This document shows, piece by piece, positions 1 through 12,796 of a stretch of 64,000 nt of DNA. Positions within the stretch are counted from its first letter, which is position 1; each line of letters begins with the position of its first letter. The DNA is taken from NCBI RefSeq assembly GCF_964355755.1, contig NC_092673.1, positions 13,550,948 through 13,614,947 of the forward strand, read 5' to 3'. Below the pieces are notes generated by a model. It was not told where the DNA came from. It worked only from the letters and a program-made list of their open reading frames with translations, and ran no database searches. Source of the stretch: Antedon mediterranea (taxonomy: Eukaryota > Animalia > Echinodermata). The position numbers and the translations under genes are program-made.

Positions 1-1168
1 TTTTGTTTAACTTATCAGATATCTTTATCATTTCAGGTCAGCAATGCAGAATTGCAGTCACTAAAGGATGAGAACTCTGCTCTGAGAAAAAAAACACAAG
101 AGCTGGAGAAGCAGGTTCTTAGTCTGAATCAGGCAATATCATGCTTAGAGTGTAAGTTTTTTAGCAATACCAATAATTAGCATCCAATTTTGTTTTATTT
201 TGCAGTTGATGAAAAATAATAAATCTTGTACGCAACTTGTATACATATGTTTTTGTAAGCTTTGAATACTGTTGTCAAACTATATTTGAAAGGTGAAAAA
301 AATAATGTTTAACATTTTAAGAGTTTTCAACTAAGCTTGTTTGTTATTTTCTATTAGATTTGCCAACACTTATTGAAGACGTTAAGAATACATTTAAACG
401 CCGCTCAGATGACTTTGACACAAGGCCAAGGAAAAAACAGTTTTCCACTGAGGCTAGTGGTTCCTCAACCTCTGAGGAAAGTGCAGATGAAGACAAACAA
501 GTATGTTTATTGTATTATATTTACAAAATGTAAAATAAATCATTTATAACCAACATTATGTATTTAACAAAGTAAAATGTAAGTTGATACTTTTCATAAT
601 ATTTTTAAAAATATCCAATAAATTAGTATTTATTTAACTAGTGTTGGTATTGATGGCACTATTGAAAAGTGTTTAATTGGTGAATTGAATAATTAGTGCA
701 TAACAACATTAGAAACCCAGCGCATTATTTGTTTTGTTGTAAAATACATCATAAACTACAAGATATAGTCAGTGTATTTTGTCTTTACAATTTTGTATTA
801 GGATACAAGGTATAGCCATATATACAGTAGTATTGTTTGGATTTATTTTATAATAGATTTTGTAAACTATAATATTCAATGTTCCTAAATGTTTGAGTAT
901 TGTTCTGTATCAATTAGATAACACTTTCCAGTAACTTGAAAGCCCCACTAACCGTCGTCAATTTATGGACAAAGGGAAACTTAAACAAGTACACAGCGGA
1001 TGCAATGATTTGTTCTTCGACAGACAGACTATGGCAACACATTCTTTATCCGGTTCCTCCTGCAATGCCCACAAAGGAAAAGAGACAAAATCGGCATTGC
1101 AGGCAACAATCACTTCTCCTTTGATGGGTAAGTCTTAAAATGTAGTGGTTATATTACTGTATTATATA

Positions 1169-1618
1169 CCGTAGTTCCCCGGGTATAATCCCACCCCCTT
1201 GTACGTGAAATTTGCCCGAATTCGGGAGGTGGGACTATACCCGGAGATTTCCCGGTGCATGAACTGAAAATGACGATATTTCTTCTAGCTACCATTTAGG
1301 CTATCAGATGTAGGCCTAACAATTAGACGGTCAGGCCATCTAGGCCTAGGCGGCCTAATTGGTCTTACCGGTGCTATGTCTACCGTATAGATTTTTCCCC
1401 AGATTTGTTTGATGAGTTTTAAGTCAGCCTAATTCAGAGAAATTACCCTATTTTTTAGTGAGAATTTGTTTAAAAAAATGTTGGCCTAGCTAGCTACAGT
1501 AGGCCTAGGTCCACCTCTGTCCTAATGTTAAATTATACACTGGGACTTTGCTTGGAGATATGCTTGCATGCGAAAGTAATCGTAAAGTCGGGATGGGATT
1601 ATACCCGAGGAACTACGG
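1169..1618. mobile_element. Tc1/mariner-type MITE (~450 bp) in an intron
   Basis: TIRs CCGTAGTTCCCCGGGTATAATCCCA / TGGGATTATACCCGAGGAACTACGG, flanked by TA on both sides. Confidence 0.8.
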
Positions 1619-1790
1619 TATATATTAAGATGTATTGTCCCTACTCATTTTGAAGTAACATAAAAATCAACATTTTTCAATGATTTTTTTTATAGTCATC
1701 ATTTTAAAATGAATAACTTGTTTTGTTCTCTTGCAGACCATCTCCAAAAAAAATTTTTGGTGGATGATAAAGCAGTTTGTGGGGCCATTA

Positions 1791-1908
1791 GGGCCTTTTT
1801 CACGGAACGGATTTTGTGTAAACGCTGCTATTGTTTTAACGCTTTTCGATTTTTTAACAAAACGGCGCCGTCTTCCGTTCCGCGAAACGGAACAGGTGCG
1901 AATGCCCC
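1791..1908. mobile_element. Possible small Harbinger-type MITE remnant interrupting the last BEN exon
   Basis: TTA on both sides (1788-1790, 1909-1911), GGGC...GCCCC ends, and internal CGGAACGG/CCGTTCCG inverted motifs. TIR is imperfect. Confidence 0.4.
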
Positions 1909-2729
1909 TTAAACCAGCACTATTACTGTGATGCCAAGTGGAGACGTACTACAAATAGAGGAAACCTCCCGCAAGTATTTTTTGAATTGAGTAATAGGCC
2001 CTTCCAAATTATATCAGGAATGCACTCACCTGCACATTCAAACAACTCCTGAAATCCCACCTTTTTATTTTGCATTTTCTTTAGTTTTTGCTCTTCTTTT
2101 TTCTGTTGATTGTTCAGCACTTAGAGGCGTCCTGCATTTTGCGCTATAGTAAATTGAACATTATTATTATTATTATATTGTTAAAGTTACTAATTGATGT
2201 TCTTGTTTTTTTAAAAAAATTAAATAACTAAAACTAGTTTTAATCTTTTTACAAAGGCATAGTAGACCCTTATAGAATTGTAAATTAATTGTATTCTTGA
2301 TCATTTTTAGGCTAAGCCTACTTTCTTGTATTCTGATTCAGGAGACGAATCAGTCCGAGAGGGGGGGTAGGGGGGGGGGGGGTAATGTAACGGAATTTGG
2401 TATAGCCCAAATCATTTATTTCCTACAGTACATTGAGCCTATTATGTAGCAGGTCAAATAATACTAAGTTCTGATCGGCTAGTTTACTCTGCATGTAATT
2501 TAACTATGCGCTAAATTGTGGTAAACAACTTATCCAGGGGCGGATTGCAATATAAAGACTTTGTCTTAGGCTTAGAGCCTAAGACCCCTCGCGAAAGTCT
2601 TAGTTAAGCCTCTCAGCAAAGTCGATTGCAATATCGCGGTCTAAGCTAAGCCCGATAGAAAACCTTAGTTACCACCGTTGAGGGCATTATTTGTGTGTAC
2701 AAAAATAATAAAAGCTATCGTAAATAGAT

Positions 2730-3640
2730 AAACGCCCTCAAGCTATAGACAAAATAACACGTAGAAGCCTTATAGAAGCTTTCTCATTCAAAAAAGACAT
2801 TTTGAACTCCAGATTTTCGTCGAGAGTTTCGTTGCATTCAAAGGCTGAGGCATGGAAAGAAGTTTTAAATAGCGTAAATGCCGTAAATGGAGAGGTCAAT
2901 CGAACCGTCGACGAGATTAAAAAGAAATGGAAAAATTTATTGGCAGATGCCAAAAAAGATTTAAACCGTCAAAAAAAATCCTCCTACTGGAGGGGGTCCA
3001 CAATTTCATATGCCAAAATGTAGTGAGATGGTAATCAATGTCTATGGTGGGGAAGACTCCAGTTTGTTTGCTGGTTTATCCAGTGGAGTTGAAAGTTCAA
3101 TTGGGAGTCGGTCAGCACTATCATCAGCAGCAGGTGTGTATTTTGTTAATACCTGTACTAGGGCTAGCATAGCCTAGGCATATTCATCAGCCTAGAGGTC
3201 CTAGGCCTATATGTTATGAATTTGGTCACAGGTTCAAATTGTTAATTCAAGGCCTATGTATTGCAAACATTGTTAACATAGTTGTAAACAATTATAATAT
3301 TAATTTTTTAAATATTTTTTATACAATAACAAATGACGATAATAAATGAGTGTCATTTATTTTAACGACCATTATCATTAAAGATCTTTCTACCAATATT
3401 CCCTCAACATCATCTGAAGAACCAGCAGAGCCGAAGAGAAAAAGAGTCAAACATGTAGAAGAGGATGACACATACCAATCTTTTTTAAAGTGGCAGACGG
3501 TAGCTAAGCAGAAAGTCGAGAAAATTGAACTGGAGAAAATTAAACTACATGAAGAGGCTAAATACTACAAAGTTGCCACACAAAAGTGTTAACTAGAGCT
3601 AGCTGTATTGCAGTCTCAGGTTACAATTGTTGAAGAATAA
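2730..3640 (+). pseudogene. Harbinger Myb/SANT-like DNA-binding protein
   Basis: KAEAWKEVLNSVNAVNGEVNRTVDEIKKKWKNLLADAKK, then PPTGGGP after a frameshift in a poly-A run. Probable intron ~3134-3382, C-terminal coiled coil, premature stop near 3590. Confidence 0.8.
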
Positions 3641-3644
3641 TTGG

Positions 3645-4562
3645 TGTTTATAAATTATTAAAAAATAGTTAATATATTATTGTATATAAATTACAATTTA
3701 TATACAATTTATATACAATTTAGAATGAATAATTCATTAAATTTCTTAAATTTCTATGAGTGTTTACAAATAATTTTAAAATATTTAATATATTATTGTA
3801 TATAAATTACAATTTATATACAATTTAGATAATTTAATGAATAATTCATTAAATTTCTATGGGTGTTTACAAATAATTTTAAAATATTTAATATATTGTA
3901 TATAAATTACAATTTATATACAATTTAGATAATTTAATGAATAATTCATTAAATTTCTATGGGTGTTTACAAATAATTTTAAAAAATTTAATATATTATT
4001 GTACATATAAATTACAATTTATATACAATTTAGATAATTTAATGAATAATTCATTAAATTTCTATGTGTGTTTACAAATAATTTTAAAATATTTAATATT
4101 GTATATAAATTACAATTTATATACAATTTAGATAATTTAATGAATAATTCATTAAATTTCTATGGGTGTTTACAAATAATTTTAAAATATTTAATATATT
4201 ATTGTATATAAATTACAATTTATATACAATTTAGAATGAATAATTCATTACATTTCAATTGGTGTTTACAAATAATTAATATATTATTCATATTGTTTAT
4301 AAATTACAATTTATATACAATTTAGAATGAATAATTCATTACATTTCAATTGGTGTTTACAAATAATTAATATATTATTCATATTGTTTATAAATTACAA
4401 TTTATATACAATTTAGATATATTTAATGAATAATTCATTAAATTTCAATTGGTGTTTACAAATAATTTAAAAATATTTAATATATAATTTACAATTTAGA
4501 TATATTTAATGAATAATTCATTAAATTTCAATTGGTGTTTACAAATAATTAAAATATATTTA
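3645..4562. repeat. AT-rich minisatellite, unit ~85-100 bp, about 9-10 copies, inside the Harbinger element
   Basis: Recurring TTGTATATAAATTACAATTTATATACAATTTAG...ATGAATAATTCATTAAATTTC...GTGTTTACAAATAAT. Confidence 0.9.
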
Positions 4563-4674
4563 ATACCTGTATTTAATATGTACAATGATGATGCTGTTAT
4601 GAAAGCGCCATAATTATTTTAAATAAAAATTGAATCTCATTTATACAGTATAAACATTTTTTACAAAACAAAAT

Positions 4675-6172
4675 TTAATTAGCAATTGCATTTGCAACCA
4701 TCTGCCTGATTGCATGTCCATTGTTGTCTTCAATGTGTTCATTGCGCTGCCCTGCATCCCCTATATCAATATCCTCTTCATTTTCAATTTCTGGTAAACC
4801 TAAATTACGGGCCAATATTATGAATGACCATTGTTGCTGCTACCACAGCGCAGGTTCTGTGAGGCTGCATACGGTTTTCTTCGTGCATGCACCGAAACCG
4901 CCTTTTCCATGCACCTATTGTCCTCTCGACAATACTTCTTGTTATGGAATGTACATTGTTATACCTTCGTTCTTCGCGAGTAATTGGATTTATAAACGGT
5001 GTCAACAGAAATGGCCGTAACGCATACCCAGAATCCCCCAACAAATATCCTTCTGGCATTTCACCATTTTCAAATGCTACACCAAGACCACTCTCCCTAA
5101 AAATTCTGGAATCAAGCGTTGAACCGGGCCAACGCAGTACACAATTTGTGAATCGCATGTTTGCGTCACAAACGACTTGGATGTTCAGGCTATGAGTATG
5201 ATATCCTTTTCTGTTCACATAAACAAATTCGTCGACTGTTGGAGCTTGTATCCGGACATGAGTGCCATCAACCGCTCCAATGACATTAGGGAAACCAGAT
5301 ATGTCATGAAATTAAATTTTTGTTTCCCTAATGCTTGCTGCATCCATCGGGAAAAACACATACTCAATCATAATGTCTCTGTAAGGCCAGTGAAACTTGC
5401 CTTACAATTCGGCAAGCTGTCGATTCATGAATTCCTACAAACAAAGGAATACAAAATATTATAATCTTGAATTAACCTAAAGTATTAAATAACAATTGAT
5501 AATAGAGAATAAATATGTATAAATTTAATTTTATAAATTTATAAGAAAAATTTAACTTAATTTATATATCAAAATTATAGATATTTTTACCATAATTTTA
5601 TTTTTATTAAAAACTAAACTAAAAGATACAACAAAAAAACAAGCAGCCTATTTACTAGTTGGCTTGTTGACTCCGCTCACTCACCATACCGCCGCCGTGC
5701 AGCGGGTGAATGTTTTTAAATGGGTAAAGGTGCGAGAGTAAACTAGCGCCGGCGCGATAGTCTAGGCCTAGGTATAAATAATTATAATTTATTTTACTTA
5801 ATTATACTAAGTATTTACTAATTTTATACCTTCATTATTATCATTAAAAACTAAACAATATTATTATTGTAGTTGTGCTAATTATTAATATTAATACTTA
5901 CCAGAAAGATCGCCGGAAATGTTATGCATTGATCCACTTGCATAAAATCTAAGTGCTGTGCACACTTGGAGAACCGGTGGCACTGCATTATTCCTATTCG
6001 TTACATTTAAATCAATTGCTAAATTATCGCTAAGCGTCATTATAGCTTGCAGGTTGAACCGAAATTTTCTATATAATTCGTTGTCATCATATTTATCAAG
6101 CGGATGCAATCTATCGCGAAAAATACGACCTATTCTCTCTCGATAGCCTTGCACCGCGATAAAGTTCGCCAT
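4675..6172 (-). pseudogene. Harbinger (HARBI1-like, DDE_Tnp_4) transposase, 2 exons
   Basis: Exon 1 6172-5902 (LYRKFRF...ALRFYASGS), GT-AG intron 5901-5435. Exon 2 has FPNVIGAVDGTHVRI, NRKGYH, RWPGSTLDSRIF, LLGDSGY, ERTIGAWKRRFRC. Several frameshifts. Confidence 0.9.
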
Positions 6173-7007
6173 TTTTTTTGTCTTCGCAACGAATCCTAAG
6201 CCTGCTACGAGGAGGCTTAAAATTTAAGACCGCGAAACGTCCTCTCGTAGGCTTAGACTTTATATTGCAAGAGGCTTTATTCTATGACCTCCATTGAGGG
6301 TGGTATAAGACCTAGGCTTAAGTCTAAGACCCCGGTTAAGACCTTTATTGCAATCCGCCCAGGGACCTACTAGGCCTCCAACAATCTTCTTTTTGATTCT
6401 GACGGAGCAGGACGTGTTGTCGGGCCATCCATCCCAAACCTTATTTCTTATAATTTGTATCGTAGCTTGTATTAAATTGGTAAGTTCTACCATTATATAA
6501 ATAAAAGGGCCATATGGCTCATGAGAATTTAACCTACTTGTACTTTCATCATTTAAATCAATTTAAGTATATCATTATCTATTTACATAGGACGTGAAGC
6601 CGACGGAATATGACCGTCGCCGAACCTGACGCTACCTGTCATAAACATAAACCCTCTTTACCTAGCAATAATTATTTAATTTAGTGTACGTCGTATGTGA
6701 GAGAGAGCAGACGGAACGAGAGGAACCTGAGAACCTGATAGGCTAGCCTAGTGACATTAAACTTCCCATCTCTCAGTAGAATAAACTAGTGCGTGGGACT
6801 CTTCCGGTGGTCCGTTTATTAGAAGGAGCACACTCCTTCCGATAAGCCGAGCATCTTATCTTTAACTTTATAATAAATAACTAGGCTAGACAGGCTCTAA
6901 TCTAAGCCTAACGAACGAGATTGCTACCAGGCTAGTTGTACACAGTAGAGACAGGAAAGAGGGAAAAACTTTACAATATTTTTGAATTTATTTTATTTAT
7001 TTATTAA

Positions 7008-7570
7008 GGGTACAGAAGAGAGCTCTAAGATGTATTTACGGTGCTAAAGTACATCAGTTATGAAAATGCTTTATCCATGTCTGGATTATGTTCCCTTGAA
7101 GCCAGAAGAGATAACTTGATGATGAAATTTGGGTAGGGGCTACTACTCTCTAAACTCTATCGTTATATGCTTCTCCCTTATCGTAACCACGGTCACAATT
7201 TGAGAAATGTTAATTTGTTAAATGCCCCCTTGTGTAAAACTAATCATTGGAAACGCTCTACCATCCCTAACATTATTGATAGAATGAATGAAGCCTCTAA
7301 AACTAAAACTTTGTAGGTTTATAACATTAATAATAATTAACGAATTAGTGATTACCGCATGCTTTGGTTTATCTGGGTCTTTTGGCATTTTAAAGAATTT
7401 TAACGGCTTTTAATGATCTGATTTACTGTGTACTTGTATATATTATATTGTTCTAAATTCTTTTAAATTTTTACTTTGTACGTTGTTTGCAGAATTTTTC
7501 AGCCGTTGGGCTGCCTTCTGTTTGTACTATTTATGTGTTTTTTTTATGAATAAATACCTATATATTTATT
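7008..7570 (+). mobile_element. 5'-truncated CR1-group LINE 3' end (related to the LINE at 52-58 kb)
   Basis: VQKRALRCIYG...YENALSMSGLCSLEARRDNL...KRSTIPNII resembles the C-terminus at 52330-52833. 3' UTR ends in AATAAA. Confidence 0.75.
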
Positions 7571-7635
7571 TAAATCATGGTAAATTTAACGCAGATCATG
7601 AAAGCGAAAGTGCTCGATACAAAATGTAGAGCCAA

Positions 7636-8041
7636 ATATAAATAAATGATAAAGACGCTAGTAAATTACCAACTGAACATTTTATTGCACTACAGGCTGT
7701 TTCATGAGTATGAACTCAATCTTCAGGTGCTTGGCTCTGAATGATAGTCACAAAAAGCTATAATGAAGTTATAAGGCAAACTGTTTATGTGAACAATAGT
7801 ATGTTAATTAGCAAGTACAACAGACTGTCCAGGAAATAGAAATGTGTTGTACTTGCTAATTAACATACTATTGTTCACATAAACAGTTTGCCTTATAACT
7901 TCATTATAGCTTTTTGTATTCACTTGTGACTATCATTCAGAGCCAAGCACCTGAAGATTGAGTTCATACTCATGAAACAGCCTGTAGTGCAATAAAATGT
8001 TCAGTTGGTAATTTACTAGCGTCTTTATCATTTATTTATAT
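7636..8041. repeat. Long near-perfect inverted repeat (arms 7636-7822 and 7845-8041, 22-bp spacer)
   Basis: Arms are reverse complements apart from one 10-bp indel (near 7917-7926). Confidence 0.95.
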
Positions 8042-9199
8042 ATATTTATTTACAATTATTTTTTATATATATTGGAAGCAAATTTTCTATAAAAAAAAGT
8101 TGTGAGTATTTTGTCTAATTTGTTGTCAAATTTCATGCAAAACAAAGTTTGCATGTAAAATTCTGTTTACTTCTTATTTGTTGACAATTTGTTTACAATG
8201 ACCTTGATAACATTTTCATTGACAAAATATATTGAAATTAAACGTGTATTTCACCAACAATAAATGCATTAAAAGTTGACACATTCTAACAAGTTTTTAG
8301 CCCTCTATTGTTGTTGCTCTATTTGGCACTCCATAGAAACGAAAATTGAACATGGAATCGATGGATGCAAAATTCGCTAGGAGGAGAGGGAGAGAGAAAC
8401 ACGTCTGAAAAATCACCAATTTATAGAATTTATTTCTTACTTTTTATGTGATTCTCCTTCATAAAACCTAATTCTAAGCTGTGGTATTCGTGATAAACAA
8501 ATTTGGAGTAAAAAAACAAGGCAGGTTGGATAGAGAACTGGCGCCGAAAAGTGAGTTTATGAAATTATTATACAAATATAATTAACTTACCCTCTTGCTG
8601 TTGTGGTTGTAAACACGTACGTCCCCGCCGGCCGTACGCGACGAGCACGCATGATACACTGTTTGACACGCGCGCAGGAGGGTTAGTTTAGGCCCCTCTC
8701 TAAATCAGCAGTCAGTGTTAGGAGAAGCATTTCAGCATCATGATCGTGTTCCTCAAAAGTCAATTGGGCTTGTTGTTGAAAAAACTACTGTATTTATTTA
8801 TAGTTTAAGTTAGAAAATTCTGTTCTGAAAAACTGCCGAACTTCAAAACTGGCAAGAGCCTACAACAATACATCAATGTGCGCTCTCTTTTAGGCCTAGT
8901 ATTTTTCCATTTATGGCGGCAAAGATCAATCTATGACGTGATTGCCTATGGGCGGCTAATATGACCATAACAGTGAAGTTAAAAATGAAAAAAATTAGCT
9001 CAGGCAACTGTGCTGCAGGAACCACGAAGTGGCGGGTTATGGTACTACAGTATTATATCTTTGGCAGCAAGAGAGAGAGAGAGGAACTGAGCGAAACACT
9101 TGGGCAAAAATGCAGAGCTACCGAGGGTGTGTTACTTAATATTATTTATTGAAGAATACTGTGTAACTCAAGTTTTTGTGAAGTCACCAATAGGCCTAT

Positions 9200-12100
9200 T
9201 AGTGTAGGCTGGTATGTTGTTTATATGAATGTCGTGTATATTTTTTGTTAAAAGCAAACTTTGACTTTATTTCATATCTTGATAATATAAGGAATGAAAA
9301 AAAATATGTTGCCATTTTTTCAAGACATTTAAAGGACCAAATTCAAGATGGCCGCCAACATTCAAATAACCCTATTAAAGATCAGAATATCACCAATAAT
9401 ACAAATTATGAATGTGGAACAAGTCCGTTTTGATGGTATTACTGTACCCATTATACAATCCTAACTATGTAAAGCGATAATATGTCAGCCATCTTGGATT
9501 TCAAAATGGCCGCCAATAAAAATTAAATTCTTTAAATAATTTTTTTAAAATCTGTGTATAAATTGTTGTTTGTACACAATGTTCTAAAATTGTCACTTCT
9601 CACAGGATTGTAAATTGTAAATATAAGGCTAAAGTTGTCAATGTCCTCTATAACAGATATATAATACCCCACTATGACTATTAAATTAAATAATCGTTCA
9701 AAGTTGAAGTTGCAAAAGTATGGAACAAATTAACAATTTATATCAAATATTCAACAACAATTACGTCTAACTAGAGGGTTAGACCTCTAGTTCGCTCGCT
9801 CCCCTCAAGGAAGTGTAAACGAAGGTTCTCGGAAGGATAATGACTCGGGTAAAAAGGTTTTAGAAGGACGTCCTCCTTGTACGTTTTCTGTCGGTTACCA
9901 TTATTGAAAATGCTTGACATTCGAAAAACTAAACCTACTCTGTTTCACAGTCTCTTAGATGATTAATAACATTTTAAAGTATAGTGTTTATTGTTTAATA
10001 GGGCGGAGGTGGGGAGGCAGAGTTCATTTGAGGGAGATGCTTATTCGAGGAATTTTTTAGTTTTAATAATATCGTAACATTTATAATCAAATAAAATCCT
10101 CTAATAGATATGAAAAGTGGTAAAAAATTATAACAAATGCTTGGTAAATTATAGTTAACAGTGTAATGAATTCTATTATAAATAGTATATACAATATCGT
10201 GTGTATAATTAATGTACTGTAGATGGGCGTTTATTAGATAGTTGGGTAGGTGGGGGGGGGGGGGGGGGGTGTAGGCGATTATTATTCAAAGTGATGTTTT
10301 ATTGGGGAGGCGTTTATTCAAATAAATACCATCATAATACATTATTTCATTTAAACATCTTTTGAAACTAACTTCCGCGACAGTGTAGGCCGTTTCGGCC
10401 CAAGATGGAAGATGTTTTTAGACTGCTTGCAATATGGGCCCTAATGGGACACAGATATAAAACTCGGCTATCGGGATTTAATTTTTTAACTACTGTACCT
10501 TCACACGCGCGGTCCGATCCGAAAATAAACAAAAAACTAAAATAGCTATAGCCACTAACGACCAACTTAACTGAAACCAGGTAGTTGCAAGGTGAACCTG
10601 TGAACTCATCGTGAACCCGGAAATTACTTTGACCGCGTACAATTGAAATTGAGTTGAAAATCTACCGATGAATCAGAAATTTTGTTTTAAAACTCTTTAT
10701 AATATATTCCTAAGATAGAAATATGGAACAATATCGTAATAGTGAAAACTGTTTTACATTTCGCGGTACACCTGAGATAGTTCAGGTAGGTATCCAAGGC
10801 AGAAAGTTGTTCCAAAGTTTTTCCATTGTGCTCGCCTATGTCAGAATTAACAATAATTTATATATAGATTCTAAATTACAGATCTCATTTCTTTTCATGA
10901 AACTGAAACTTGACAGGAGACAGGACCACAATATAAAACAAGTGCATTTATACCTTATTGTGAAATCCTGTATAAATAAGTTAAATAATAAATGCGTTAT
11001 TGCTATGTAATTCAATGTCTGAACCTTCAGGGCCATAGTCACCAGTATGGTTGGTAAGTTTTCAACCTGTCAACTTTTGGCAGAAGGTTGAAGGAAATAC
11101 AGATACAGCTCTGCCTATAAATAACCTTGTAAATGAATGAACTCCTACTTCTCATCATCTACAATCTCAACCAATTTCATTAGATATGTACCCCCTACAG
11201 ACAGACCAGCATTATACACTGGTTTGATGAGTGCACATGGTTGTGGTATAAAAACTCATGTACTAGGGAAAGACAAGAATGCCTGGTGATGACTCTTGCC
11301 CAAGATGAGTGGAGGTGGACAGAGATGACATCAAAAAGCAATTATTATGTCGACCCGGTGAACTCTATGGCTTTTGGACATGTAGCATTGTGAAAATAGT
11401 GTTGAGGCAAGTGCTTTTGTTGAAACTGAACTTGTATTACCTATACAACCAGTGACACAAATCGGGACACAAATGGAAAACATCTGTAAAGGACAAAAGC
11501 ACACTAATTCTGCTTTCTCTCTACAACTTGCTTCTAGTTTCTACAAATGCAGACGGAGAAAGAGATTCTAAGTTAAGTATCGTTTTGTTTGAAAGAGGCT
11601 GATCATAAAGATATTAACTTGAATACAGAGAGTCGACGAAATCTAAATGATGTGGTTAAACTATATCCCTATATATGTATATGAGAGGACATGTATGTGT
11701 GGGACTTGCTGGATTTACATCAATTGATCAGGGTCATTGAGCGTGGTATCATTGGAATAACACAAAATAATGATTTCATCAGAGCTGGCAAATCTAGTTA
11801 ACATTTAAAGAGAGATGATATCCCGATTAATGAAGAATGCTGCAATGTTTGTTGGCCATGGCATGAAATTGGACAGAAAATGCCAATTTGTTTCTGAACA
11901 AGGTTGTTGGGAACGCAGATCAGTCTGTGGAAGTTTGATGGATACAGTAGTAGAGAACGAAGGAAGGTCAACTTACTGTATCGCATTCAAGATTAGAAAT
12001 ATTTCATTGAAGGACTTTGGCAGAGTTAGTTGTCATTTAACTGAAGAAGTTTATGAGATGTTTTAATATGAAGAAGTGTACAGTCAGTACTATAGACCTC

Positions 12101-12607
12101 CTGATGGTCAACATTTTGTGTTAATCACCATCATTTTGTATATTTCAATCTAATTTTATTTAACTTATACAAGTTTTAATAAGAAATTTAACCCATTTAA
12201 AAAAAAAATGTTGTTGTCATAGGCCTATCATTTTATGTGATTTCAATCAACGTCATAACTTGCACATGTTTTAATAAGAAATTTAATCCATTTTAAAAAA
12301 ATGGCGGCCATTTTGAAATTCAAAATGTCAGAATACTAATGAATATAGGTTTATAATAATTCTTATATAGCAGAGAACCCATATGAACTTACAATATTAT
12401 TCATAATGGGTGTTACTTTGTCCAATATGGTAAATTTATTGGATATTTTACGTATTGGCAGCCATCTTGGATTTGACACCCTTAAGCTTTTTTAAAAAAA
12501 TGGCAACATATTTTTGTCATTACTTTACATCCTAAAGACACTAAATCAGCTGGAATTTTGCTTTTAACAAAAAAATGACACGAAATTAAATAGTGGCCTA
12601 CTTACAC
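9200..12607 (+). mobile_element. Degenerate, internally deleted DNA transposon with long imperfect TIRs, tentatively Academ-like
   Basis: Inverted blocks TTTTTTGTTAAAAGCAAA/TTTGCTTTTAACAAAAAA, AAATATGTTGCCATTTTTT/AAAAAATGGCAACATATTT and CAAGATGGC/GCCATCTTG. Internal peptide RLMKNAAMFVGHGM...QGCWERRSVCGSL resembles Academ N-terminal regions. Exact ends uncertain. Confidence 0.55.
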
Positions 12608-12796
12608 CATATATCAATTTTTCTTAAAATCAATGGCAACAATTCAGGACGTTAATTTAAAACTTGTGGACGCTAACATTCAAAGCAAGTACTATACTTG
12701 GAAAAAGTACAATAATAAACAGTAATTTACTAAATATCGCACTAAGATTATAACGTGATACAGTATAATTAAGCTATTATAAATATAACATATATA

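Larger units (their letters stand above)
37..1960 (+). pseudogene. Spliced coiled-coil + BEN-domain gene relic (5' part lies outside the window)
   Basis: GT-AG exons 37-151, 358-500, 918-1127 and 1737- with compatible phases. They encode VSNAELQSLKDENSALRKKTQELEKQVLSLNQ (coiled coil) and DLFFDRQTMATHSLSGSSCNAHKGKETKSAL...DHLQKKFLVDDKAVCGAI, which resembles the BEN consensus. Frameshift near 1007. Confidence 0.6.
2538..6359. mobile_element. PIF/Harbinger DNA transposon, near full length, disabled
   Basis: TIR GGCGGATTGCAATA / TATTGCAATCCGCC with CAG on both flanks. Contains convergent Myb/SANT and DDE transposase genes. Confidence 0.92.

Noticed and set aside
8600-8686. piggyBac-like terminus (..GCAGGAGGG TTAG)
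   Set aside because: The flank is TTAG rather than TTAA, and no partner end was found.
10000-10332. Mariner-like MITE end with GGCG/CTTATT motifs and a G-run
   Set aside because: No matching opposite TIR or TSD could be defined.
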